A DNA stretch of 63,993 nucleotides, filler included, from Neoconidiobolus thromboides FSU 785 (Eukaryota; Fungi; Entomophthoromycota): NCBI GenBank assembly GCA_025603075.1. It is 11 parts of 11 records of this genome, joined end to end, with 100 filler letters (N's around TTAATTAATTAA, not from the genome) between each part and the next. Parts side by side here need not be neighbours in the genome. Positions count along the whole stretch, not along the records: positions 1 to 9,247 come from MU626667.1; positions 9,348 to 13,756 come from MU626786.1; 9 more parts are not named here. One strand, 5' to 3'. This document shows, piece by piece, positions 1 to 11,003 of this stretch. Positions within the stretch are counted from its first letter, which is position 1, and each line of letters starts with the position of its first letter. The translations under genes were made by a program, and so were the position numbers. The notes below the pieces were generated by a model that was not told the origin of the DNA, searched no databases, and was given only the letters and a program-made list of their open reading frames with translations.

Positions 1-492
1 ACAATGTCTGAATTTATGGAATCAATACCAACTTTATGGAAAACAGTTAATAAATGGATTGAAACTAACAATATTCAACTACCAAAAGAAAACGCTAAAG
101 AATGGCTTTTGGATCATAAAGGGGATTATAATGGATATCATTTTTGGTCGAATTTTGAAATCGGGTCGTTAAATATGTTACGTAGTCCCGAATATCGAAG
201 CTATTTTAATTATTTGGATAAAAATGGCGGTTTTTACTTTGAACGTTGGGGAGATGCACCTGTTCATTCTATTTTTGTGGCTTTAATGTTAAAAAGAGAA
301 GAAATTCATTTTTTTAAGAATATTGGTTATAAACATGATATGTATGAAAATTGTCCTGTAGAATCGGAGATGAATTTAAAATTGAAATGCTATTGTGAGT
401 CAGATAAATCGGTAAATTTGGGTTCAATGACTACATTGTCCTTGTTGAGGTTAATTGGAGATCCAATGCATGAAAAATTATATAGGCTCTAA
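1..492 (+). CDS. KRE2: KRE2/MNT1-family alpha-1,2-mannosyltransferase (GT15), 3' part; 5' end lies upstream of the window
   Basis: Motifs HFWSNFEIGSLN, YFNYLDKNGGFYFERWGDAPVHSI and IGYKH are typical of GT15; close paralogue of 3225..4480. Confidence 0.93.
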   Translation, partial: TMSEFMESIPTLWKTVNKWIETNNIQLPKENAKEWLLDHKGDYNGYHFWSNFEIGSLNMLRSPEYRSYFNYLDKNGGFYFERWGDAPVHSIFVALMLKREEIHFFKNIGYKHDMYENCPVESEMNLKLKCYCESDKSVNLGSMTTLSLLRLIGDPMHEKLYRL

Positions 493-899
493 CGTAGTAA
501 TAAGCCGGATTTATCTAATCTATTATTTTTCACTGTTTCAAAGATTAAACAATATAAGTTATGCACAATATAATTTTATCTATATTGAGTATAATATTTT
601 TAATGTCATTATATTGTTTATAATTTTATACTTATATTTCCTTAATTTATTTATACAATAGTAGTTTAAGATATAGTTATTATATTCAAGGAAAATTATG
701 ATATATAAATTTATGAACATAATACACAATATCAATGCTGCTTTGGTAAATTCATTTTGAATTAAATACTTGTCTAGAACATTAAGATTTTTTAAAAAAG
801 TAATCATTAAAATTGATTTTTGATATTAAAAAGATTTACATATTCATCAACCATAGTATATATAACTGATCAGAGTAGCTAAATAAAAAATGATCAATT

Positions 900-2617
900 T
901 TAATGCGATATTGTTTTTAAAGTAGTAAGTGGAATATGTTGAAGGAATAGTGAAAGTATTAAACTTAAAGCAGAAAAAGGAATTAACGAAAGAAACATAG
1001 TACGATAAGCAGTTAAATATGCTTGAACGGCTAAAGCATGTTGGTCTGGAGGTAGTGAGTGTAAATACCCCAATGATTCAACAATTAAACTAGGATTAAT
1101 TTCAGGTAGCAACCCTTTCAAGTTTTCAACTAATATATTATTGAATATACTTCCTTGTATAGCTAATCCAAATACACCCCCTATTGTTAAGGAAAAGTTG
1201 ATAAACGCTGTCATAATGGCTACGTCTAATGAAGTGAACAGTAAGTAAATATATAATCAATAGTATAAATTTGTGGTTACCTTCTTCTTTAACAGCAACT
1301 TGAGCAGCAATCAAGCATGTCTGGATACATAAACCAATGCCAATACCGATTATCAATGGATAAAGTATTTCTTCGAACCTTAATACATTACCAGATAACC
1401 TAGCCATCAACGAGTTTCCAATTACTAAAAGCACCATACCTGACCATATAAAAGGTCGATAAAATTTGAGTTTATTAACGATTAAACCAGATGCAGCAGC
1501 AAATCCACAAATACCAACTAAAATAGGTAAAGTTTCAATTCCAGCACTAATGGCTGAAGAAGAATGAATTGTTTGATGATACAATGGCCAATAGTACATA
1601 TACACGAACATTGAAAAACCAAATAACATGGAGCATAAATTTAGCATGATGGCATTTCGAGAGAACATTTTGGTTGGTATAACAGGTTCAATGGCATATT
1701 TTTTTTCAATTAAAACAAATAAAGCTAATACAATCAATCCAAGTATTAAACAAACTATCACTTGAGGAGATGACCAAGGATATTCTTTTCCACCCCAATT
1801 GAGCCCTAATACTAGCAATATTATACCAATGATCAAAGTTAGTGTACCAAATATATCTATCCTTTTCAATGTTTCTTTGATATTAGCATCAGTCTTATGA
1901 TTTGGTAGTATAAATATAATTAATGCAACAGCCACCACTACAATTGGTATATTTATATAAAAAATCCATCTCCAATTAACATAATCTACGAATACACCAC
2001 CTAATAATGGACCAATGACATAGGATAGAGCAAAAGTACCACTGATTAAACTAGTATACCCACTTCTGGTTTCAATTGGGATAATATCTGGAATAAATAA
2101 TTATAAGTCAGCTTGTTATATGCAATATAATCTACAACTTACCTGCAACCACAATGTAAGCCAATGCAATTAAACCACCAGCGGCAACTCCAGATAACGC
2201 ACGAAAAATAATTAAAACTAATAAGTTAGTAGCAGTACCGCAAACAATGGAGCCTATCAAAAACAATGCTAAACTAAATAATAAACAATATTTGCGACCA
2301 AACAAATCTGAAAATTTGCCATATAAGGGCTCAAAGGCTGTCATTGTCAATAAGTAAGCCCCAGCTATCCAAGTCACTTCGCCACTGCTATTAAATTCTT
2401 TAGTTATTGCTGCTAATGCAGTGGCTACTATGGTTTCATCTACAGCAGCTACTAAGATAGATAGGACCAAAGATATCAAGATTAATGTAGTTTTAGATTT
2501 ACTTAATTTGGGAGTAGAATTGTTTTTTTCTACAATGTTATCTGGGATATTGAATTCGTATTTTAATGTGTCGGTCATATTTGAAACTATGATTTTTTCT
2601 TGTTGAATTTTGAGCAT
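900..2617 (-). CDS. DHA2-type (EmrB/QacA-like) MFS drug:H+ antiporter, 3 exons
   Basis: Exons 2617-2143, 2087-1281, 1225-900 (GT-AG introns 2142-2088 and 1280-1226) join in frame. Motifs DETIVATAL, WIAGAYLLT, YGKFSDLFGRK, IGPLLGGVFVDYVNWRWIFYINIP, IDIFGTLTL, LNWGGKEYPWSS. Start may be 2617 or the second Met. Confidence 0.92.
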
Positions 2618-3224
2618 ATTTATAGTTTTTAATGTATTTTGAAAATTTCCCAGATCTTGCCGAAATTTTGGGAAAAAAATTAGCTCAAGTTTTTTGACTG
2701 AAATTGGCTAATTCACTTAGATTTCGGCTTGATTTTTCCAGACAGTTTAAAATTATGATTAAATTTAAAGAATTAAACTCTGGAACTCTTTTTTCAAAAT
2801 TCTTTTTTACACATCGTAAAAATTGTAATTCTTGCCCAAATATTTAAATAAATTTTGATATTCACACAAGTTATTGAATAGCGAATTGTAGAAAATAAAC
2901 CTAAAATATTTTTATCTAAAGTGTATAATTAAAAAACATTTTTAGCTTATGTATTGATTCTAGTCTTATTAAATTTGAATTACATTAACCATGGGTTTTA
3001 GAAAAATTATTAAATTCCCCTGCAAATATTGTTATATGGATATCTAGAAGATCTTGAGTTAGATAAACATTATTTATTAAAATTTAAAAAAAATAGTCGT
3101 TTGATAAAATTACTTAACAAATGAAGCAAGGGTAAAAAACGAGCTGATAATCATAGATACTATAAATACCTATATTCTGTGATAATAGAATAGAACTATT
3201 TTATTTGATTTTAGATTTCGTTAT

Positions 3225-4480
3225 ATGCCTCGTTTCAATACCAATTGTCTCCTATTAGTGGGTTTCGCACTGCTGTGTTTAGCACTTTATTCTTTTATGA
3301 ATAATGTCTATGACTTGGACTTTGATCAAAATAGCATAGTCCGGTTAACTTCTCAAAATATACCAGAAGTCGGGCTCAAACTTTCAAATAATTTATTAAA
3401 TCCAGGAAATGTATTATCACCACAAACAAAAGACTTGGTACCAAGTAACTCAACTCAAGAAAAAGCAAATGCATGTTTTGTAGTCTTAATGAGAAATAAT
3501 GATGTTCATGAATTTCGAAAAACAATGCAACAATTAGAAGATCGATTTAATAAGAATTTTAATTACCCTTATGTGTTTTTAAATGAAGTACCTTTTACTG
3601 AGGAAGTTAAAACTTATTTGAAAGCACAAACAAAAGCTAAAGTTGAGTTTGGTTTAATCCCAAAAGAACACTGGGAAATACCAAGATTTCTAAATGAGAC
3701 AGCTGTATTAGACTCTATAAAAGAACAAAAAGAAAAAGACCAAGTGCCTTATGCTGGTAAGCTGTCCTATCATCATATGTGCCGGTAAGTTTATTCATAT
3801 TTGAATTATTTAAACATACTAATTAGTTTAGATATGAATCTGGTTTATTTAGTCAACACGAGCTATTAGACAAATACGATTATTATTGGCGCGTGGAGCC
3901 AGAAGTTGAATTCAGCTGTGACATCATTGAAGATCCATTTTTATACATGCATAAAAACAATAAGAAGTATGGGTTTACAATCACTATGCTTGAATTTATG
4001 GAATCTATCCCAACTTTATGGTCAACTGTGAAAGAGTGGATAAAATTTAACAATATTTTATTGCCAAAAGATAACCTCAAGGAATGGATTATGGATGACA
4101 ATGATAACGATAAATATAATGGTTTTCATTTTTGGTCTAATTTTGAAATTGGCTCCTTAAATATGTTGCGAAGTCCCGAATATCGAAGCTATTTTAATCA
4201 TTTAGATAAAAATGGAGGGTTCTATTTTGAACGTTGGGGAGATGCACCTGTTCATTCTATCTACGTTGCTTTGATGCTAAGAAAAGATGAGATTCACTTT
4301 TTTAAGAATATTGGATATAAACATGATGCTTTTCAAAACTGTCCAATTGATCTAAATACTAATTTAGAGCTTAAATGTTATTGTAGACCTGAGGAATCTG
4401 CTAGTCATGGCTCAATGCCTACCCAATCACTTCTTAAGTTGCTTGGTGATCCAGTGTACGATAAACTAAAAAGGGATTAA
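3225..4480 (+). CDS. KRE2: KRE2/MNT1-family alpha-1,2-mannosyltransferase (GT15), complete, type II membrane protein, 2 exons
   Basis: N-terminal TM anchor; intron 3785-3831 (gtaagt...tttag) restores YHHMCR|YESGLFSQHELLDKYDYYWRVEP; FWSNFEIG and ERWGDAPVHSI motifs. Confidence 0.95.
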
Positions 4481-5549
4481 GTTCAACATATATTATTATA
4501 ATTTAGTTTGTTGTTTTCTTGTTGTTATAAAAGTAAAATTATATTTTATATTATTGAAATTATCAATTATTTGTAGTTGGAACTTTGAAGCTTAGCATTT
4601 TTTAGAAATTTTTATTTAAATAACTGTTAGTTATTTCAAACATTTCAAATCTCAGTTTGAACAAATACTAACAAAAACTTACAATAGCAAGTTTTATCAT
4701 TTTTTACTTTCTTTTATTAACTTTTTTACTATTTAAAATTTTTAAATCCCAATTACAATTGATAATTATTTTCTTGTTTTTAAAACTACATGATTTCACT
4801 TTTGGTGTTAATTGTACTAAAGTGTAGCATATCCTTTATTTTTTTTTGGTAAATATAGATGTTCAACTGCTGATACTTCTTTTAATAATTAAAGGTGTAA
4901 TACTTTTAAATAGAGGTTTATTTTAAAATCATAATGAATATGACTATATAAAAATACCAGCAAACCTCAAACTAATGATGTTCTCAAAGACATGATATTG
5001 CATTAAAAATTATTAGAAGTACATGCTATTCATGTTTATATAAAAATTTGAAAAATTAAATTGAACACTATGATCTTGGTTTATATTGAAAGTGTTTTTA
5101 TGACACTCATTTGTTTTTAAGATTTTACACAAGTAGAATATGAAATTACTTAAATTTAACTTTATAAGCATCGCTAAAAAGTTGAAATGTTATCTAATTA
5201 TAACTTAAAAGTAACTGAATGGTTGTTGTTTTAGTATGATGTCTTAAACCATTTGTATCTAAAACTAGACTTAATGAATTTTTTGCCAATATGGTTATAG
5301 TAATTATTAAAATAAAAACAAAGAATGAAATGACGAAAAAATTGACCACTAACTTTGCGAAATAGAAGTTTCTACTTTGATTCATCCTATGTATAAATAG
5401 GTTCAGATAGCTGACCCTCTCTTGGTTTATCCGACAACTAAAAAAGTTCAAAAGCTTTATGATTGATGCATAATTTTATCTAAAACTTCATTTTTTTTAA
5501 AATTCTTCACACACCTCTTCAAAACCTTAAAATCTTAAATTTATATACA

Positions 5550-5788
5550 TGAGTTATTAGTTTATACTGGGTTTTTATGTAGGCTTTAATAGGGATAGGC
5601 ATTCTACCTATTATCATGTAAAATAAATTATATGGAAATAAATTCCTTGACTATAAACTAACTGATATAGCCTTGCTTCTTTTATGCTAGGCATTTTATT
5701 TTTGTAACTTCTTTTGTATGATTTCGGATTAGAATGGCTATCCCTACTAAAACCTATCATAAAAACCCCAGCATAAAACTAACAACCT
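5550..5788. mobile_element. ~240-bp MITE-like element with ~55-bp imperfect terminal inverted repeats (unrelated to the 105-bp family)
   Basis: 5551-5605 gagttattagtttatactgggtttttatgtaggctttaatagggataggcattct is an imperfect reverse complement of 5731-5788 agaatggctatccctactaaaacctatcataaaaaccccagcataaaactaacaacct; non-coding interior. Confidence 0.65.
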
Positions 5789-6882
5789 ATAATGTGATGA
5801 TTAAAATAAGTTAAAGTATGCCATTATTTCTTTTTTAGGCCATATAGATGTCAACATTGCCCTACTTTAATTAAAATTCTAAAAATTATAACTTTAATCT
5901 CCGTGATTTACCTAAATCTTAGTAGATTTTAATTATCATTATTTATCGTTTAGCATTTTTAGTATGTCAAATTGAAAATAGATAGTATTTATTATAAGTT
6001 ATACCATTTTTGTCTTAATCAATTCATTTTATTTTATACCAGCGTATCACGTCAGCCAATGTGACAATTATTATTTTGATATAATATATTTTAATATAGA
6101 ATTGAATCAATTGGGTCTACTGATTTACATATTAATACTACTTCAGTACCTATATCAATTCTTAAAGATTTGTTTAATATTGGTGTACTTTGGTTTTACC
6201 TATTTGCTGGTAGCTCTAATATTTACAAAGTGAGGCTATTATGGAATACATCTCCACAAAAGTAGCACGAGTAGTGGTAATGAATAACTTTAAATCCTTT
6301 ATTATATGTACACTATCCATTTTACAATTTGTTTAATCCAAAATATATTGCTTTATTATTATGTTAAATAATAACTAATGTTTAGAATCCCAAGTACTGA
6401 AACAAATACAACTGTTTGTATTTAGTAAAATGCGAAGTTCAATATTTAGTTAGGACATGGTTTTAAAATATAAACAAAGATGAATTCTTGATCTATGTTT
6501 TAATACATATATACTAAAAATAACAAGATACTGTCAAAATAGCTCCTTCAACATCACTTTGATCAAGTTTTTAAATATGTGCATAGACTTTTCAATAAAC
6601 TAAAATGTTCAAAGTTCGCAGTTTGTTGGCTTCTGTACTTTTTAGGTTAATAATTTGAAATCATAAAGTTTATCTATCCATGGTTGCATTTTGATTCTAT
6701 GCCTACCCCAACTGTTATTTTATTTTACTGTGAATTTATAATATCAATCAATAATACTATCAATATTGTTTAATGATAAAATAGCTTATCTGGTTTATTA
6801 CCTAACATAATTACACACAGAAGTCAATATTTTCTTTCATCACCTATGCTTTACTTTATAAATAAGCCATATAGAGTAAAAG

Positions 6883-6890
6883 TATATAAA
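6883..6890 (+). promoter_or_regulatory. Candidate TATA box of the defensin-like gene
   Basis: TATATAAA ~60 nt upstream of the ATG at 6950; weak evidence in AT-rich DNA. Confidence 0.35.
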
Positions 6891-6949
6891 CCCCCAATTT
6901 AAATATAAAATCAATAAAATCAATTCAACCAATTTAGTAATAAATTTAA

Positions 6950-7186
6950 ATGAAATTTCAACTTGCTTTAGCTTTAGTTACCATTGCATCTGTATTTGCT
7001 GCTACTCCAGATGGTAAACTTGCTACCGAGATCCAAGAATGTGGTGCTGCTGGCTCTTGTGAAGGTCCAGGTGGAGGTGATCTTTGTAACGATCGCTGTA
7101 AAAGATGCTCTGGACCAACTGGCATGTATCATCGCGGTGAATGCTGTGGCTGGTTATGGCTTTCTTGCTGCTGTTACTATCAATAA
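6950..7186 (+). CDS. Small secreted cysteine-rich peptide, CS-alpha-beta defensin-like (copsin-like)
   Basis: Signal peptide MKFQLALALVTIASVFA; 10 Cys in residues 31-75 with CxxxC (CNDRC), gamma-core GEC-x7-C and terminal CxC; GC-richer, coding-like sequence in AT-rich surroundings. Confidence 0.85.
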   Translation: MKFQLALALVTIASVFAATPDGKLATEIQECGAAGSCEGPGGGDLCNDRCKRCSGPTGMYHRGECCGWLWLSCCCYYQ

Positions 7187-8094
7187 ATTAATATAGGAAC
7201 CCTAAATTATAAGGGCTTACACGCCTATTTTTATTCATGAAAATAAACGAATGTATCAAAAAGTTTATTGTTTATCTTACTTTTTCTTACACTTCATTTT
7301 AGTTGAAAAGTCAGTGTTTTGTATAATAGAATTATTTTATAACACCTCGCTATAATGGAGCTTTTTTACCATCTCAAATTTAATAATGGTAGATTTAATA
7401 AAAAACGTTATTCAAATTTAATATCTTTTATAGCCACTGTAAAATATTACATAAATGAGTGACTCATTTAAAAGTATGATCACGAGTAGATACAGCCAAC
7501 TTCTCATATCTGCCTACCTATATCAGCCGCTTCACAGGCTCTCGTTATAGATTCAAGTTGTTAAATTATTCAAATTAGTTTTGAATCTCTCTTATTTATA
7601 AAACCTAAGCCCTCCTCCAATATTGTCCCTCTGGCAAACTAGTTTGCTTTCTAAGCCAAAGGACAGACTCGGACCTCATGGAGCCTATCAGAATTTAAAC
7701 TCTTTGGAGCCATACTAGATAAACTCCCCTTTATTGATTTTTTATATCTCATATTTAATGCCACCTTGAACTAGCCAATTCAAGACCTTTTTTACACCTT
7801 TTATTCTAGTCAGTATAGCACCTAGGTCTTGACTTTCATAGGTCTTAAAAATTTTAAAACAAATAGATAAAATAAATAAAGTTAAGCATAACAAGTATTA
7901 TTTTGGAGAGAAAATAATATTTTGACAGCTACTATAACGCAGTATTCTATAGAATGTTACAGTGTCACATTTTTATAAAGATTTAATGCATCTATTTTTA
8001 TTTATTTATTACTGTTGATATATCTTAAAAATGAAGACACCTAAATCTACTTAAATAGAGTTAATAATAATAATCAATAGAAATCCAATTAATT

Positions 8095-8196
8095 ATATGT
8101 GGATGTTTCGGTTTCATCACTTTTTTTATCTTTTAAGCACTATTTGAGTGGAAAGATTGTTAGTAAAATTCTTAAACAAAAAATACATTCCTACAT
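8095..8196 (+). mobile_element. 105-bp MITE family copy 1
   Basis: atatgtggatgttt...aagcactatttgagtggaaag...aaatacattcctacat. Confidence 0.8.
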
Positions 8197-8210
8197 GCTT
8201 ATAATATAAC

Positions 8211-8315
8211 ATAAGGGAGTGTCTTTTTTAACTTCATTATTTTTTCCATTTTTAAGCGCTATTTAAGCGGAAAATTTGTTAGCAAAATTCTTAAACACAA
8301 AAATACATTCTCATA
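8211..8315 (+). mobile_element. 105-bp MITE family copy 2 (tandem with copy 1)
   Basis: ataagggagtgtc...aagcgctatttaagcggaaaatttgttagc...aatacattctcata. Confidence 0.8.
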
Positions 8316-8664
8316 AACTAATAAGAATTCAATAAATGTGTGTAAGCTTTTTGCAAACTTTAAATTTTACTATGATAAATGTTGCTCAAGGCTTTTGAAC
8401 AATTACTACAACTCTTCCATAAAAACAAAAGCAGATACTTAAGTGTGTGTCAACATACTAACATTAAAAACATCAATTTGAGCAGAAACCTTTTATTAAA
8501 ATTTTGACTTCTAACTTATAAATAGGTAGTATTTTTAAAATGCTCTATCATTCAAATAAAAAGGAGCTAGCCAAAGTAGTAAAAAAATCCGAACATAATG
8601 TGCAAAAATCAATTTGATTATTTTTTACTTGTTGGACAAAAATACACCAATAAAATCTACAACT

Positions 8665-8732
8665 TCAATCTTTCCACTCAAATAGCGCTTAAAAGATAAA
8701 AAGAGTGATAAAGCCAAAAAAACACCCCCATG
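8665..8732 (-). mobile_element. 105-bp MITE family copy 3 (partial)
   Basis: tttccactcaaatagcgcttaaaag...aagccaaaaaaacacccccatg. Confidence 0.7.
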
Positions 8733-9247
8733 TATTTGTTTTATGCACTTTCTAATTTAATAGTTTCCTTCCCAATAATACATACATAATTGTGCCATAA
8801 ATGTGATTAAAGAGTCCCTTTGCTATATAAGTAAATTGAACTATTATCATTGGTACAAGTCGTATGATAATGGATGATAAATATGATGATATAAGTTTAA
8901 TAGGATTCAATAAAAGTTCCATGAATTGTAATGTAATATTGGTATTAAAATTCTGTAATATATATAATGCTATTAAAACAACTTGATAAATGATAGTAAA
9001 ATAAAAAAGTGGCACTTTATCATATTAGATTAGTTCTTAAATAGTGGGAATCAATCATAAATAAACATAGTATTTTGTCACATTTAAGTAAAACAATAAA
9101 AGCGATTTTGTTGTTCTTTATCATTTCATTTGGTGATAAAAGTTTATTTATGTTATTAAACGCTTTATCTTCTAGATATATTGATTTATAAATATTAGTT
9201 TTGGATAAAGTTATATAACACAAGCTAGCATCTGATACCTTTATTGA

Positions 9248-9347
9248 NNNNNNNNNNNNNNNNNNNNNNNNNNNNNNNNNNNNNNNNNNNNTTAATTAAT
9301 TAANNNNNNNNNNNNNNNNNNNNNNNNNNNNNNNNNNNNNNNNNNNN
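9248..9347. other. Synthetic 100-nt scaffold spacer N...TTAATTAATTAA...N (stops in all six frames)
   Basis: Same spacer at 13757-13856, 31723-31822, 37387-37486, 39038-39137, 40977-41076, 54847-54946, 58476-58575, 61025-61124, 62748-62847; assembly artefact. Confidence 0.97.
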
Positions 9348-9809
9348 TGGACGATGAGTATTGATAGAGCCATATATATATGCCCCACCATGTAAATAAA
9401 GTAAAGTTTCTTTATCAACATTTGGGTCCTTAATTTTAGGTACTGCAAGTTCTAGCTCCAATTTTTCACTATTGTACCAAAAGGCATTTTTCCTTTCAAT
9501 TGGATATTTACCAATCTCTTTGACTAGTTTCTCTTTAATAATATTATGACTCAATTCCCTATAATGATCTGGAATATATGTCTTTGTAAAATCGAAATCT
9601 TTGGAAGGTGGAAAAATATTAATATCTTTAATTTTACGGACTTCTTCTAAACTTTGACCAGGTTGTGGACCACTACTACCTTTGAGGAAGTTGTAAATTA
9701 AGTGGGACTTAAAGTCCCAAGAAGGAAAAGGTGCTCCTTTTGTAATACGTTCATAGCCTGTATAAATGATGGCTTTGATTAAATTGATAAAGAATTTCAG
9801 TTTGTCCAT
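9348..9809 (-). CDS. HSL-family alpha/beta hydrolase (esterase/lipase), paralogue A, N-terminal part cut by gap
   Basis: LLYLHGGAYIYGS oxyanion-loop motif; collinear with exon 1 of 11004..12440. Confidence 0.85.
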
Positions 9810-10475
9810 GATGAAAAAATTAAGAGTTGAAATTCGTCAAACTTCGAATTTTAAAAGGAAAAAGTTAAATAAACTGAGTTTTTATTCTGTTTTTATATGT
9901 TTTTTGGGAATTGTTTTTTTGTTATGAACAAGTTTTTATTTAGTTGTCATTAGCTTTAATAGCTACTTTTTATCATCATTTCGGTAACAGGATTAGCCTC
10001 AGCCTATAATGAATTTAAATTGGTAAATAATGTGATCAAAGCGGATTACAGCTCAATATTAATACTGGTATTTACAAAATCTTACCAGTAACTCATAATT
10101 TATAACTACATTAATTGGTAAAATTAATTACACTTAGAATTTATCATCTATCAAATAAATTTTTATCGAATAAAAAGCCCACAGATAGAATAAGAATGTA
10201 GTTTAAGTAACTTTGAATTTTTTGATGAAGAATTAACATAAGGGTAGTAAGTTGCAACATTGTATACCTTTATATTCAAATATTCCTTATTTTTGCACAT
10301 AAAAAATACTTGTTGTTAAAGCAAATAACTTTATTTTTTTACTTTGAAATGCAAGATTAACTATACTATGTCTTTATAATTTTTCTCTTAACAGTGACAA
10401 AAAATAAACAAAAAAGATACAGCTGTTGAGTCCTATAACAACTTTATTTGTGGTAGTTTTTAGAGCTATTTAATG

Positions 10476-10578
10476 TTTGGGGATGTATTTTTTTGTTTAA
10501 GAATTTTACTATAATCTTTCCACTCAAATAGCGTTTAAAAAATGGAAGAATAATGAAACCAAAAAAAACAGCCTCATT
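10476..10578 (-). mobile_element. 105-bp MITE family copy 4
   Basis: ttggggatgtattttttt...ttccactcaaatagcgtttaaa...aaaaacagcctcat. Confidence 0.8.
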
Positions 10579-11003
10579 TATTTAGTATTTCTAATGCCTA
10601 ATCATCAGATTTTAGGCTTGGTTTAGCAAGACGCTATACTTAAATAAGTAGTCGATTAGGTCATAAGAGAGCTATGAGTGTCGTATTTTCATCTTATTTT
10701 TTTATAAAAATGATGACTATATACGCAGAAAGTTTAAGGAATGTTGCGATAGTTTTTGTACCCTATGTGTGTGCCAAAGTTTAATTTATTAAAATAAGTG
10801 GAAGCTTGATGAAGTAGTTAGACGTAATTTATTATACTTACTTCCCAATGATACTTTATTGAAACAAGATAACCTTTTATGACGGAGTGAGTAGTTTACT
10901 ATCAAAGAATCATTAATTTTATTAGAGTATGAGGCTATGAAAGAGGTTTTAAGAAACTTGAAATGAAAATAAAATGGAAAATATTTTATTAATTCATCAA
11001 AAT

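Noticed and set aside
455-807. ORFs 455..661 (+) and 580..807 (-)
   Set aside because: Non-ATG or low-complexity I/Y/N/F-rich translations of the AT-rich terminator region between convergent genes.
1138-1280. 3' extension of ORF 1138..1938 and end of ORF 2132..2617
   Set aside because: Read-through into introns; the spliced model joins three ORFs into one MFS gene.
5194-5451. 85-aa minus-strand ORF
   Set aside because: No recognisable motif, hydrophobic bias expected from AT-rich antisense DNA.
6984-7196. 70-aa ORF overlapping the defensin-like gene
   Set aside because: TTG-start alternate-frame shadow of a well-formed secreted peptide gene.
8752-9223. Two consecutive minus-strand ORFs at a contig edge
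   Set aside because: Could be a decayed or gap-truncated membrane-protein gene, but there is no motif or clear splice model to support it.
9291-9303. TTAATTAATTAA as a biological palindrome or repeat array
   Set aside because: Always embedded in 100-nt N runs; synthetic linker. ORFs ending or starting in it (e.g. 58520..58717, 13590..13808) are artefacts.
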